This document shows, one piece after another, positions 1 through 10,863 of a stretch of 64,000 nt of DNA (position 1 is its first letter; every line of letters begins with the position of its first letter). Under the pieces are notes generated by a model. The model did no database searches. It was given only the letters and a program-made list of their open reading frames with translations, and was not told where the DNA came from. Origin of the DNA: Macrostomum lignano (taxonomy: Eukaryota); assembly GCA_002269645.1 (NCBI GenBank), contig NIVC01001775.1, forward strand, positions 21,324 to 85,323, given 5' to 3'. Position numbers and translations under genes: made by a program.

Positions 1-1
1 A

Positions 2-1329
2 ACTCAAAATACCCAAAGACCTGCTAGCTCCGCTGGTGGATCTAAGGGAACCGCGAGCTCTGAGCCTAAAGGACCGGCCAAATCTGGCAGATCCGATGAA
101 GCTCAGCGGGCTCGGCTTGAGCGCAAACGCGCTAAACAACGCGCCAAAAGGTAGGCAAAGAAGGGAGCTGCGGGGGCCAAAGCGGCGGCGTCCACCATGG
201 ATGCTGAAGCGACTGGCGTCCCAAGGCAACCAGACGGGCCGGCCGGTGGAAGCTCCGGTAGTTCAGCGGCGGCGCTCCCTGGAGATGCTGCTGCGGCTGC
301 TGAGGCCGAAACCACGGCGCAACAAATGGCCACTGCCAACAAGGAGGTTCCTTCGGGAGCTACCTTTGCGGCGAAGGCCAAGGCCAAAATCCCGGGAGTG
401 ATCATCCAAGGTCGCGACCAGGACTGGACCACTGATCAGCTTCAAAAAGTGTGGAGTGCTGTGACTCCTATCTGATTGAGCTGACTGTCGAGGAGGGAAT
501 CTCCATCGGCATTGAGCGGATGGTGCTGCGAAGCACATTCGTTCTTATTGCTCCTAGCAGCGAGGAGGACGCTCGGCAGCTGCTCCAGCGGCTACCGACG
601 GTCTCCTTGGATGCTGACCTTGGCGGAGCTCTTTTTCTTCGCGAGGGCCAGCGTCCAAAGACGATACCCTATGTGGTTTTCGTCTCTGCTAAGAGCACCG
701 CAGCTGGACCAGACGTTATTCGCCGGGTCCTACTGCGTCTGAACCCCGACCTCCCTGCTAGTGGACTGGTGTATCACCGCAAAGTCCGCAGGGGGGAGAC
801 GGGCAACTCAATTGTCCTCGGCCTTTCCAGCACTTGGGCGAGTCGGTACCCTAACGGATCCTCTTTCCAGCTGGGTGCCCTCAAGCTCAAGATGCGCCGA
901 GGAAAGTCTGCCAAAGGGAAGGCTACTGCCAACCCCGGCATCTCCGGCAAGAGCGGGGCGCAGTCTAAGGCCCAAGGAAAGGCGCAAGCCGATCCCAAAG
1001 CCAAAGCTGCATCTCGCCCCTCTGCTAGCAGCAGTTCGGCGACCGCGGTAACGGCTCCGGCCAAGCCCCGGGAACCAAACCTGCCAGTCGGAGAAGGAGT
1101 TGAGGACGAGGCCGGGTCTTCGGAATCCGAGCTCTCCTCGGCCACCCTGGTGGGGTCTGAAGGTAAAGATGCAGATGAGGAAGCTTCCTCCACCCTGTCA
1201 TCGGAGCCTGAGGACTCTGCTGGGGGGGCCGGTGGGGGTGAGGAGGCCATGGACGTCGACCAACTCCCATCCCCCAGTCAAGCCCCAGCGGCCTGGGACG
1301 AGGACGATCTGTTGTCCAAGTCTCCTTGA
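2..1329 (+). pseudogene. LINE ORF1 (gag-like, DUF4780-like central domain), disrupted
   Basis: Frame 2 is open from base 2 except for one TAG at ~152. An apparent 1-nt deletion at ~461-465 (WSAV/DSYLIEL) joins ORF 197..475 to ORF 451..1329. IRRVLLRLNPDLP resembles LOA-clade ORF1. The C-terminus is acidic and low-complexity. Confidence 0.65.
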
Positions 1330-1368
1330 TGGCCCTGGGCTCTAGCCAGAAATTGCATTTAATACAGT

Positions 1369-4300
1369 ATGACTAAGCTCCACGCTGCCAAAGGAGCGAC
1401 ATTCTGTCTGCAAATTAATTTACAGCATTGCGTATCTGCGTCAGTAAATCTGATGAAGATTGCTGAGCTGTACAGGCCAGGCCTCATCCTGATCCAGGAA
1501 CCCTGGATGCGCAACGGTAAGTTGCCCAACATTCCCTCTGGCTACTCTGATTTTTATGTGTGTGGCCCGGGGAACAGCCGCCCTAGAGCGGCTATCCTCG
1601 CTGCTAGCCATCTCCAGGCTTGGCTGAGGACTGATCTCTCTGATGGAGACCTTTGCGTCATCCAATCTAATCATCTCTCTCCGCGTACGTGTCTTGTTGT
1701 CTCGGTTTATATCCCAGGCGACAGAGACCCTGCTCCCGAGAGTTTACTGCGCCTTGCGCAGTACTGCGAGTCCCAGAACGCTGAGCTGTGCTTAGGGGGC
1801 GACCTCAACGCGCACCACAAGCACTGGGGCAGCAAAGATACCAACACTAGAGGAGAAGAGCTTCTGGCCCTCATCTCTAACACAAACCTCATGCTCTGCA
1901 ACCGCGGCAGCACTCCTACCTTTAATAATGGCAGATGGACCGAGGTCCTCGACGCCACACTCGTTACCCCAAGACTCTTTGACAGAGTTGAGGAGTGGAG
2001 AGTCTGGTCTGAGGAGCCCTCCCTGTCTGACCACTGCTTTATCGCCTTTAACATCGCGGACACTAAAACCCAGTCTCCGATCACTTGGAGGCGCAATATC
2101 CGCAACACTGATTGGGCGGCCTACAAGGCTGCCCTTGATCTGCACCTGCAGGAACTCACGGACTTACGTCCGATTGAGACCTGCGAGGATGTAGATCATA
2201 TGGCTGAGACGCTGACAGGTTGCATTATTGCAGCCTACGTAGCGGCTTGTCCTGCTCGCGCCTACAAAGGCAAGACCTCGGCGCCGTGGTGGAACCCGGA
2301 GCTGGGGAAACTCAGGCGGAAGGCCAAAAGCCTTCATCGCCGTGCCATGAAGACCGGAAACCCGGAGGACATGGAGCTTTTCCGGCAAGCCTCCCGCAAT
2401 TTCAAATCTGAAGTGCGCAAGGCCAAGGAATGTAAGTGGCGCCAATTCTGCAATGAATTAGATCAAGACAGACCTACTTCTAGGCTTTTCAAGGCCCTTA
2501 CAATGGACAAAATGTCCAAATTAGCCATGATCAAAAAAGATGATGGCTCTCTTACTAAAGACCCTGAAGAAGTGCTTCAGCATATGCTCAGCACATTCTT
2601 CCCGAGGGTACCTACTGCTAGACCGGAGCCCAACCATTCGATGGATGGAGCCACCCTAGCGGCGGGCATTGTCACTGAAGACCTAATCGCTCGTGCGGTC
2701 AGAACCTTCAAACCCTTCAAATCTCCTGGACCTGATGGTATCTACCCTGTTCTCCTTCGTGAAGCAGCCAAGATACCCTCGTTCCTGAGACTCACCCGCA
2801 ATCTTATGCGGGCCTCTATCCAGCTGGGATACGTTCCCAAATGCTGGACTGAAGCTCGGGTAGTCTTTATTCCCAAACCTGGGAAGGGTGACTACCAAAG
2901 CGTCAAGGCCTTCCGGCCTATTAGCTTAACGTCAGCAATGCTTAAGCTCACTGAGAGGCTTATTCTCTGGCGGCTGCTGTCCTGCGAGCTGACAGCGATG
3001 CCCCTCAGCAATAATCAGCACGCCTTCCGTACCGGGAGGTCGACTGACAGCGCCCTGCATGCGATTGTCGAGAAGATTGAAAGGGCGGTACTGGGTGACG
3101 GTTACGCTCTGGCTCTCTTTCTTGACATTGTTGGCGCCTTCGACAACGTTATCTTTGAAGCGTTTCAGAGGGCCCTTCAAAATCGCAAAGCTCATGCTAC
3201 CCTCATACGGAGGATCATGTACATGATCTCCAACCGTACGGTCACTGCCCAACTTCTTGGGCAAACTGCCTCCACCAGAGTCTGTAAGGGTGGACCCCAA
3301 GGCGGAGTCCTCACCCCGACGCTCTGGAACCTGGTCATGGACGCTCTTTTGAGTGACTCCCGACCCGACCCCGTCTTCAAAGTCGGGTATGCTGATGACG
3401 TCACGGCCATTGTGGCAGGACCGTCTCCCAGCACGCTCAGGGATCTGATGCAGAGCTTTATCCGCAAAGCAGAATCCTGGGCCAATGACAATGGTCTGGA
3501 ACTCTCTGAGCCCAAAACCGTTGCCATTATGTTTACCAGCAGACTACGCTGGAACATACGTCCTCTGCAGCTCTACGGCAGAGATATTGCCTTCGCGCAC
3601 CAGACCAGATGTCTCGGGGTCATACTTGACCACCGGCTCAACTGGTCCTCCCACGTGAAAGCAAAAGCCAAGCGTGCCTCAGCCATCCTGGCCCAGCTCC
3701 GACGAGCACTTGGCACTTCTTGGGGTCTATCCCCAAAGCGGCTTTGGTGGATCTATACTTCCGTAGTTAGACCTGCCATTACGTACGCCTCTGTTGTCTG
3801 GGTTAGCGCTACCCAGGTCAAAAGCCATGCAGACCTGCTCAACACGATCCAAGGCAGAGCGTGTAGGCTCATCTGCAACGCCACCAGGTCCACGCCCTTT
3901 GCTGGCATGGGGGCCTTCCTTAATCTTCCGCCTCTTGACCTCTTCATCAGGGGTGAGGCGGCTAGAACGACGCGGCGTCTAATTGATGCCGGCGTCAAAT
4001 TCATTTACATGAGAGCACCTGCTAAGCGGAACCTTGTCCCGCATAGCGATCTGTGCCTCAACTTTCTCAACGAGTGTCAGGCCAATCGCGTCTTCACCGA
4101 TGGCATTGCCTCAACGCTCAACCTGAGACAGCGCTACTCCGTAGCTATCGACTCGCGCGATAACATCAATGACCAATGGAACCCTGGTGAGCTTCATTGC
4201 TACACCGACGGTTCTAAGCAGTCAGCCAACACCGGCTTTGGTGTTGGAATCTTTCTGAACGAGAGGGTCATCGCTACCCACGCTCAGTACACTGGGGTCA

Positions 4301-5109
4301 ACTCCAGTGTTTTCCAAAATGAAGTTCTGGCCATCAGCTCCTGCACTGCAGAGCTTCTCGCCACTGGCGTTACTGGTAAGAACATCATTTTCCATTCGGA
4401 CAGCCAAGCTGCCTTGCACGCCATCAGTGGCTGCAGCACCAACTCTGCTACAGTCCTCGACTGTATCAAATTCCTCAACGTGTTGGGTTCCGCCAACAAA
4501 ATTACCCTTAAGTGGGTTCCGGGGCATGTGGGGATCCGAGGAAATGAGTTGGCTGACACCCTTGCAAAAGTTGGTGCCTCCGGCTCCTCTCTCGGCCCCG
4601 AACCTCTTGTCCCGATTCCTGGCTGTGTCATCGACTCGCGCATCAAAGCGTGGATCAGGACTCAGCACCGCTCGACTTGGGCGAACCGCACGAACTGCAG
4701 GCAATCCAGAGGCTCTGTCCCTCAGCCCTCTCACCAGCTCCGGAAGCTCCTCTTGCGCCTCTCGCGCAGAGACATCCGGGCTGCCACCATGACCCTCTCT
4801 GGTCACGGCTGCTTCTCCAGGCACCAGTACCTGCAGGGCAACGCCACCAACGCCACCTGTAGTTTCTGCAACTCAGGTGACGAAACCGCTGAGCATTTCG
4901 TCAGCATCTGTCCCGCCTTCACGCGGGCCAGACTCACTTACCTCGGGCCACACACATCTATTACTGAAGCGTGCAAACCCGAAAACTTTAATCAGCTCAT
5001 GCGCTACCTCCGGGCCACCCGCAGGGCTGAACTCTCCTTTCCAGAGAGCACCATAGCTGCTGGCGACACTGGGGGACCTCCCTGGGCGGCGCCAACCCTC
5101 CGTCCATAG
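1369..5109 (+). CDS. LINE ORF2 polyprotein: APE endonuclease, reverse transcriptase, RNase H, CCHC zinc knuckle
   Basis: APE motifs LIQEP, GGDLNAHH, LDATL, SDHC. RT motifs FRPISL, QHAFRTGRST, FLDIVGAFD, GPQGGVLTP, YADD. RNase H motifs YTDGSK, FHSDSQAAL, WVPGHVGIRGNELAD. CSFC..H..C knuckle. Uninterrupted 1246 aa. Confidence 0.95.
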   Translation: MTKLHAAKGATFCLQINLQHCVSASVNLMKIAELYRPGLILIQEPWMRNGKLPNIPSGYSDFYVCGPGNSRPRAAILAASHLQAWLRTDLSDGDLCVIQSNHLSPRTCLVVSVYIPGDRDPAPESLLRLAQYCESQNAELCLGGDLNAHHKHWGSKDTNTRGEELLALISNTNLMLCNRGSTPTFNNGRWTEVLDATLVTPRLFDRVEEWRVWSEEPSLSDHCFIAFNIADTKTQSPITWRRNIRNTDWAAYKAALDLHLQELTDLRPIETCEDVDHMAETLTGCIIAAYVAACPARAYKGKTSAPWWNPELGKLRRKAKSLHRRAMKTGNPEDMELFRQASRNFKSEVRKAKECKWRQFCNELDQDRPTSRLFKALTMDKMSKLAMIKKDDGSLTKDPEEVLQHMLSTFFPRVPTARPEPNHSMDGATLAAGIVTEDLIARAVRTFKPFKSPGPDGIYPVLLREAAKIPSFLRLTRNLMRASIQLGYVPKCWTEARVVFIPKPGKGDYQSVKAFRPISLTSAMLKLTERLILWRLLSCELTAMPLSNNQHAFRTGRSTDSALHAIVEKIERAVLGDGYALALFLDIVGAFDNVIFEAFQRALQNRKAHATLIRRIMYMISNRTVTAQLLGQTASTRVCKGGPQGGVLTPTLWNLVMDALLSDSRPDPVFKVGYADDVTAIVAGPSPSTLRDLMQSFIRKAESWANDNGLELSEPKTVAIMFTSRLRWNIRPLQLYGRDIAFAHQTRCLGVILDHRLNWSSHVKAKAKRASAILAQLRRALGTSWGLSPKRLWWIYTSVVRPAITYASVVWVSATQVKSHADLLNTIQGRACRLICNATRSTPFAGMGAFLNLPPLDLFIRGEAARTTRRLIDAGVKFIYMRAPAKRNLVPHSDLCLNFLNECQANRVFTDGIASTLNLRQRYSVAIDSRDNINDQWNPGELHCYTDGSKQSANTGFGVGIFLNERVIATHAQYTGVNSSVFQNEVLAISSCTAELLATGVTGKNIIFHSDSQAALHAISGCSTNSATVLDCIKFLNVLGSANKITLKWVPGHVGIRGNELADTLAKVGASGSSLGPEPLVPIPGCVIDSRIKAWIRTQHRSTWANRTNCRQSRGSVPQPSHQLRKLLLRLSRRDIRAATMTLSGHGCFSRHQYLQGNATNATCSFCNSGDETAEHFVSICPAFTRARLTYLGPHTSITEACKPENFNQLMRYLRATRRAELSFPESTIAAGDTGGPPWAAPTLRP

Positions 5110-5226
5110 CGACGCGTCGGCCGTTCAGGGACTAGCGGAATGGGCGCCCGCGCCTTCCCGCTGTGTCCCCTCCGGGACAGCCCTGCAGCTAAGTCTAAGT
5201 CAAAGCCCTGGGCGAGCGGGAAGTAA

Positions 5227-5802
5227 ATGGTATATATTCCCCATTTATTTTGTTGTCTAGCGGGCAAAAGCAAGAGGTGTCTCGTTTATTGACCGAGGCG
5301 AAGCTGAGGTCAATGATCGAGACACCGAGTGCTTTTGGCCCTAGACAGCTAAATGAGTGGGGAATATGATATGTATCCCCCGTTCGTTGTCTATGGTTGT
5401 TGTCTCGAATTTAGCAGCCCGCGGGGCAGCGGGAAATAAATGATTTATTCACCTAGGGAAATAAATGAAAACATGCGTCACATAGACACTCGCCCGGGGC
5501 AAAAGGGGGATACATGGTATATATTCCCCATTTATTTTGTTGTCTAGCGGGCAAAAGCAAGAGGTGTCTCGTTTATTGACCGAGGCGAAGCCGAGGTCAA
5601 TGATCGAGACAGCGAGTGCTTTTGGCCCTAGACAGCTAAATGAGTGGGGAATATGATATGTATCCCCGTTCGTTGTCTATGGTTGTTGTCTCGAATTTAT
5701 CAGCCCGCGGGGCAGCGGGAAATAAATGATTTATTCACCTAGGGAAATAAATGAAAACATGCGTCACATAGACACTCGCCCGGGGCAAAAGGGGGATACA
5801 TG
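5227..5802. repeat. Head-to-tail dimer of a 287-bp unit, each unit composed of two long imperfect hairpins
   Basis: Copies at 5227-5513 and 5514-5799 differ by about 3 substitutions and 1 indel. Internal inverted pairs: TATTCCCCA/TGGGGAATA, GGGCAAAAGCA/TGCTTTTGGCCC, GGTGTCTCG/CGAGACACC, ATTGACC/GGTCAAT, ATGTATCCCCC/GGGGGATACAT. Confidence 0.9.
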
Positions 5803-6050
5803 AAGTGCTTTAAGACAGACTGCGTTGGCAGTCTTTAGTCTATGACCGGGCCTAAATAATGAGCGACTTCGTAATTTCAGCCAGGAGTACACCATAAGAC
5901 TATAAAGTTAAAAGCACTGCATGGTGAAGGAGGAACATAAGCGGATTGTGAAGACGCAGTGCAAACTTTGAACCATATAATTATTCTATACAAAAGATGC
6001 TACCCTGGACTTCTAGCTAGCTAGCGTCTGAACTGTTGCGTGTATATGTA

Positions 6051-6619
6051 CACTCAGCAACAATAAAAATTTTCCACCCTCGCGCCAGCCGTGTATATTT
6101 AGAGTTTCAAAACTGGTTTTTGTCGCCAGACTTGTGCCATAGACGATTGATGATTTCGTCAGCACGCACTTGGGCCATAGACAAAAACTTTGGTCATAGA
6201 CGCCAGACAGGTTGAAGGAAACCGTCACATGGAGCAGACAGCAGCAGCCTTACACGAGTCTAAAATCCACGTTCGCAACCGAACGTAGTGGTTCGCCAAA
6301 TGACCGACCTGGGACGAGCGCGCGCCATTGGCATTCTGGACGCTGGGATGTCCATCCGAGCTGTTGCTCGCCAAATTGGGCGGTCGCACACAGCAATCCG
6401 CAAAGTGCAGATCAAGTGCAGAGAAACGGGCAGCGTGGCGCACGCCACGCGCGGCCGGCGGCTCAATATGCGCATTACAACTAGGAGGGCGGACCAGCGA
6501 TTGCTGCGAATGGTGAAGGGAAGCCCCACATTGCCAGCCACCCTGCTACGGCTGATGTGGGCTGAATGAACGTTGACCCTTCGCGCGCTAGGGTGGAAAC
6601 TTTTCAATGTTGCTGAGTG
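6051..6619 (+). mobile_element. Internally deleted Tc1/mariner DNA transposon
   Basis: Imperfect ~30-bp TIRs (CACTCAGCAA...TTTCCACCCT and its reverse complement) flanked by TA on both sides (6049-50, 6620-21). Internal ORF 6288..6569 encodes only the N-terminal HTH of a Tc1/Tc3-type transposase (RARAIGILDAGMSIRAVARQIGRS). No DDE domain. Confidence 0.88.
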
Positions 6620-6714
6620 TATATGCTGTATGCTAGAATGCTTATGCGATGTCAATGGTTAGATTACTAAATTACTAAATTACTAAATTGCTAAATTACT
6701 ATGTATGTTACTAA

Positions 6715-7460
6715 AGTCTGTCTACCTGAAGACCTCTTGAAAGAGATACAAGAGCACACTTCTGCGGATCCGAACTGTCATGCGATCAAGGATACGGCAT
6801 ACGAGAAGGAATAGCCGCAATACAGAAGAGAGCTACCTAATCACCTGAAGCTGTTCTGGAACGTTCGACATGATTTGTCAGAAATGGATAGGCTCGTCAT
6901 GAAAGATTAAAAAATATTCTTACCTCATGCATGCGAATTGAATTCCTAAATATTCTACATGAAGGCCATGAGAAAACTCTACTCAAAGCAAGAGGATTGT
7001 ATACTGGCCAGAGATGCGCTAAGATACTCAGCATTGTATAACAGCATGTGATTTTGCGTGAGTCATCAAGCCCAACCACAGAAAGAGACTCTTATGCAAA
7101 GTCCTCATCCGGAATATCCATTTCAGGTATATGGTACGGACCTATACGACTATTAAGAAAACATATTCTTAGTTCTAAAAGCGTAGTCGACAAATTCAGT
7201 CGATGGATCTGTGCCGATAAGCTGAACTCAACCACAGCTGATTGCGTCATTCTACAATTGCAGAAATAATTTTCCAATTTTGGAACAACACCGGAGCAAC
7301 TTTGATGTGACAATGGACCCCCATTCTCATTCAATGCGTTCAAAAGTTTGCCATAAAATTGGGCATATAGTTTCTGCTATCATCACCGCATTATCCACAG
7401 TCCAAATGGTCTCACTGAGAGAGCAGTGCAAACTATCAAGGGACTTTTGAGAAAGAATGA
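6715..7460 (+). pseudogene. Degenerate Ty3/Gypsy integrase fragment
   Basis: Frameshifted or stop-interrupted motifs readable on +: LHEGH..KARG..YWPEM (Zn finger), VDKFSRW, CDNGPPF, HYPQSNGLTERAVQTIK. Confidence 0.75.
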
Positions 7461-8031
7461 TTTATTTCCGCACGCTGCGCGCACTCGTGCATTTGCCATT
7501 GACGCACTCGTCAGCGTGCGGAAAGAACATTGTCGGCTGATTTTCCATGCAAGAATGGCATTCTTGCACTCTTTTGCGTGCAGGAATGGATGTCTATGGT
7601 AAAATCTCACTGAAAAAGCATTAGGCGCAGAAATGCATTCCTGCACGGTTTTGTGCATTCCTGCACGATGAATCATCCGACAATGGAATTCCTTCACGTT
7701 CACTCGTGCGTGAAGGACATCGTGCACTCGTGCGCTAGCGCGCACTCGTGCAGATGTCATTCCCGCACTCGTGACCGTGCAGGAATATATCAGTGTTGTT
7801 TGATCCATAGACAAAGTCATTCCTGCACGGATGCTACGCAGAAGCGGCACAGCTCACAGCAAAACGGCAGAATGAAATTGGAGAGTGAGCCAAGGACAAC
7901 TTGATAACTCAGGACCGGAAACGAGCCAATTCATGGCGAAACAAGTATGAGGCTCGTTTAAAAGCATTGTTCTATGGCCCATCCAAAGCTACGAAAGCGA
8001 AGAAATCTGAGCTGAAAATTGAGTTCTTCGC

Positions 8032-8699
8032 ATGCACTTGCAATTGAGAGAGAGAACTTTTATTCTTGCAGCGTCATTTTCTGTTGTGCAAAACTACAAT
8101 AGTAACCGTGATCGGAATGTTGCAATATTTTCGTTTCCTAAAGATGCAACTGAACGAGAGGCTTGGCGACTGTCTCTGCCTAATCAACTGACGGTAAGAC
8201 TTTCTTCAAATGTGCTTTGTGAATCAGATTTAGCCTGGCCACATGAATTCATTAACAATTTTGTTGTTGTTTAGACCGTGACAGACTACATGGGCGTGTG
8301 TGCTAAGCACTGGCCTCAAGATGCACCAATGATAAAAAAGGGAAGAAATGAAAGGCCGCTCCACCGTCAGTTTTCGACGGAGTTCCTCAGTCCTGCCTCG
8401 TTCATACACAAGGTTTGTGAAGTTCTACTGCTCAAATATTTGCACTCCATCAAATAGGATCGAAACGAAACACTAAGATGCGTGCTTGGATATTGCAGTG
8501 CGTGCCAGTCAACAGGCTGAGGGAAGGGGCGTGCTGTTGTCCGAACGATGCCTTTTCCAAGATGAACTAGTAGAATTTCGAGAGCGTGATACGCTGCCAT
8601 CGTGGACCGAATTCCGAGCATCCATTCACTGTTCAGACGTCATCAAAGCACATCGGCTTATTGTTACCATTGTTCAAGAGGTGTTTATCTTCTCGTTAA
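8032..8699 (+). pseudogene. P/THAP transposase N-terminal part (THAP zinc-finger domain, spliced)
   Basis: AIFSFPKDATEREAWRLSLP, then a GT-AG intron at 8194-8274, then TVTDYMGVCAKHWP = THAP signature (FP...W...CxxH). The downstream frame ...QEVFIFSL runs into the piggyBac TTAA. Confidence 0.75.
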
Positions 8700-10863
8700 C
8701 CCTCTCTTCACGGATGGCATGCTGGGCGTACCATATTATTAGAAAAAATAAGCAACACATGTTATTTGTTGCTTAACATGTCTATGGCACAATCTCTTTT
8801 TATGAATTCTCAGTTTTCTACACCCCCACAACTCACGGATGGCACGCCCTGCGTGCCATCATAGATCGAAAAACTTGTTTTTGTGTTTGTTATTCCCTTT
8901 TCAGTGTCAGAGGAAATTTTTTTATTTTAAGAATTCGAAATTCTAAGTAAACAGTCTAGCAAAATACTATTACAATAGTACTGGGATTCGGATAACTGGG
9001 ATTTTGAGACACATGGGACTTCGACGGACTCGGATTTATACGAACTGGGACTTATACGAACTGTTGAAACAAGCTAAGGAGTAAAGAAGCTTAGATAATT
9101 TAACTAGCACTTCAACATAAAACAAGCGAGAAGTAGCTTACTCTCTTACTTGTAAGAATAGAAAATTGACAAGATAATTCGACAGAACGGGATCGATTTA
9201 GATGTCAGGAATTCAGATGATTACAGAGTAACAGTAAGTCGACTGTACAATTAGTTCCCCGCGGTAGTGTGCCAGCTCTGAAAGCAAGGAGCTGCGCAAA
9301 GTCCAGGCTCTCCAGGGCAAGCATCACACACGTAGACAGTTCGCTTGGCCGAGCCGTTTCCATAGCAGATTCTGCACCGCTTAGTCGGTCTCATATTGGC
9401 CTCAGTCGGTGGTAGTTTGGATGGGGTATGCAGCGAGGCAGCTCGACGCTTCGATGTGTTCTGCCGCTTGCCCCGACCCGTCTGCTCCATCAGAAGGCGG
9501 ATCGTAGCCTCCAAGAAGTCTAAGAACTTCATGCAGAAGTTCTTGCCCAGATCGGGATCACCGAAAGCCTATCTCCATCACAGTGTCCGTACTAGAAGGG
9601 CAAAAGAGATACGCGCTGACATGCGAGCTGGATACTGGAGCGGGTGTGTCCATAATGTCAGGATCCCTCTGGAAACAGTTGGGTCGACCAGCTCTTAAGA
9701 ACTCAAATACACAACTGGGTGGCTATGTAAGTGATCACAAGTTCACGGTATTAGGTCGATACGAAGCTGTGGTAGAACTGAATGGAAAATATCAGCGCAT
9801 CGACTTTAAGGTAGTGAAAGGCAGCAAGAGCTATGCCTTGCTGGGGCGAGATGTTCTCTGTGTACAGCTGGACACAGGACATAATGGGGAAGTCTCCATG
9901 GATATGGCATCTCTGGCAGCAAGTGCAACTACAATGGAAGCTCATTTGGAACTTAAAGATGGAGCAGTACCAAAAAAGTATGTAAAAGCAAGACCGTTAC
10001 CATTTGCTCAACGTGAAGCAGTAAAAAAGGAATTGGATCGCTTACTTGATGAAGGTATAATCGAAGCTGTGAAATTCTCGGAATGGGCGTCTCCAGTCGT
10101 GGTAGTCGGCAAGCCCAACGGCAGTATCAGGCTATGTGTGGACTATAAGAGTACGCTTAATCCACAGCTGGTCCCGGATAGCTACCCGACACCGACCCCG
10201 GAGGAAGCGTTCTCGACAGTGGCGGGATGCTTTCGGTACAGTATCATCGATCTAGAGAAAGCGTACAACCAAGTAGAGCTGGACGATGCATCTAAACCGC
10301 TAACCGTGATGTCGACACCATTTGGAAATTTTAAGTACAATAAACTTGTGTTTGGAATAAAAACGGCTCCGAGTATTTTCCAACGATATATATCGCAAGT
10401 GATCCAAGGTATTCCCGGAACAATAGCGTACATGGACGATATATTAATTGGTGGAAGCGATGAGTCAGAGTAGAAAGGAGGCGAAGAACAAGTACTTTAC
10501 TGTCTAGCATCGGAAGGGCTAAAGGTAAATGATCAGAAATGCCAACGGAATTTATCTTGAGTCCGGTTTTTGGGTCATATTCTGGACAGCGGTCGCATTT
10601 ATCCTGATGGAGAGAAAGTGCGGGCGATCAAAGAAATGGAAACTCCGAAGAATCTTTCCGAGTTAGAATCATTCCTCGGACTGATTACGTTCTGCTCGCT
10701 ATTCATTCCAAACCTTTCTGGAATATCGGCTCCGTTGGTGCACCTGAAGCGCAAAGGTGTGGAGTTTCGTTGGAGCGTAAAAGAACAAGATGCGTTCAGA
10801 AACATCCAGAAATCACTTTCAGAAGACGCTGCTTTGCATGCGTACGACCCAAAGCTACCGGTT

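Larger units (their letters stand above)
1..5201 (+). mobile_element. Non-LTR retrotransposon (LINE), LOA/I-group-like, APE-RT-RNase H; 5' end lies outside the window
   Basis: ORF1 remnant, then a 1246-aa ORF2 with endonuclease, RT, RNase H and CCHC domains. A short 3' UTR ends in CTAAGTCTAAGTC (5189-5201), a possible tandem-repeat tail. Clade assignment is by domain order and motif similarity (inference). Confidence 0.9.

Noticed and set aside
1441-4862. Short antisense and alternate-frame ORFs over LINE ORF2 (similar ones overlap NEK1 and TLNRD1 exons)
   Set aside because: Shadow ORFs expected from GC-rich coding sequence. No motifs.
5227-5802. Hammerhead ribozyme in the 287-bp unit
   Set aside because: No CTGANGA...GAAA core was found on either strand by eye. 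Other ribozyme classes were not excluded.
9535-9550. TSD and 5' LTR for the nested Gypsy
   Set aside because: Only AAC/GTT (3 bp) matches across the junctions and no LTR copy is present. The 5' half appears to have been deleted.
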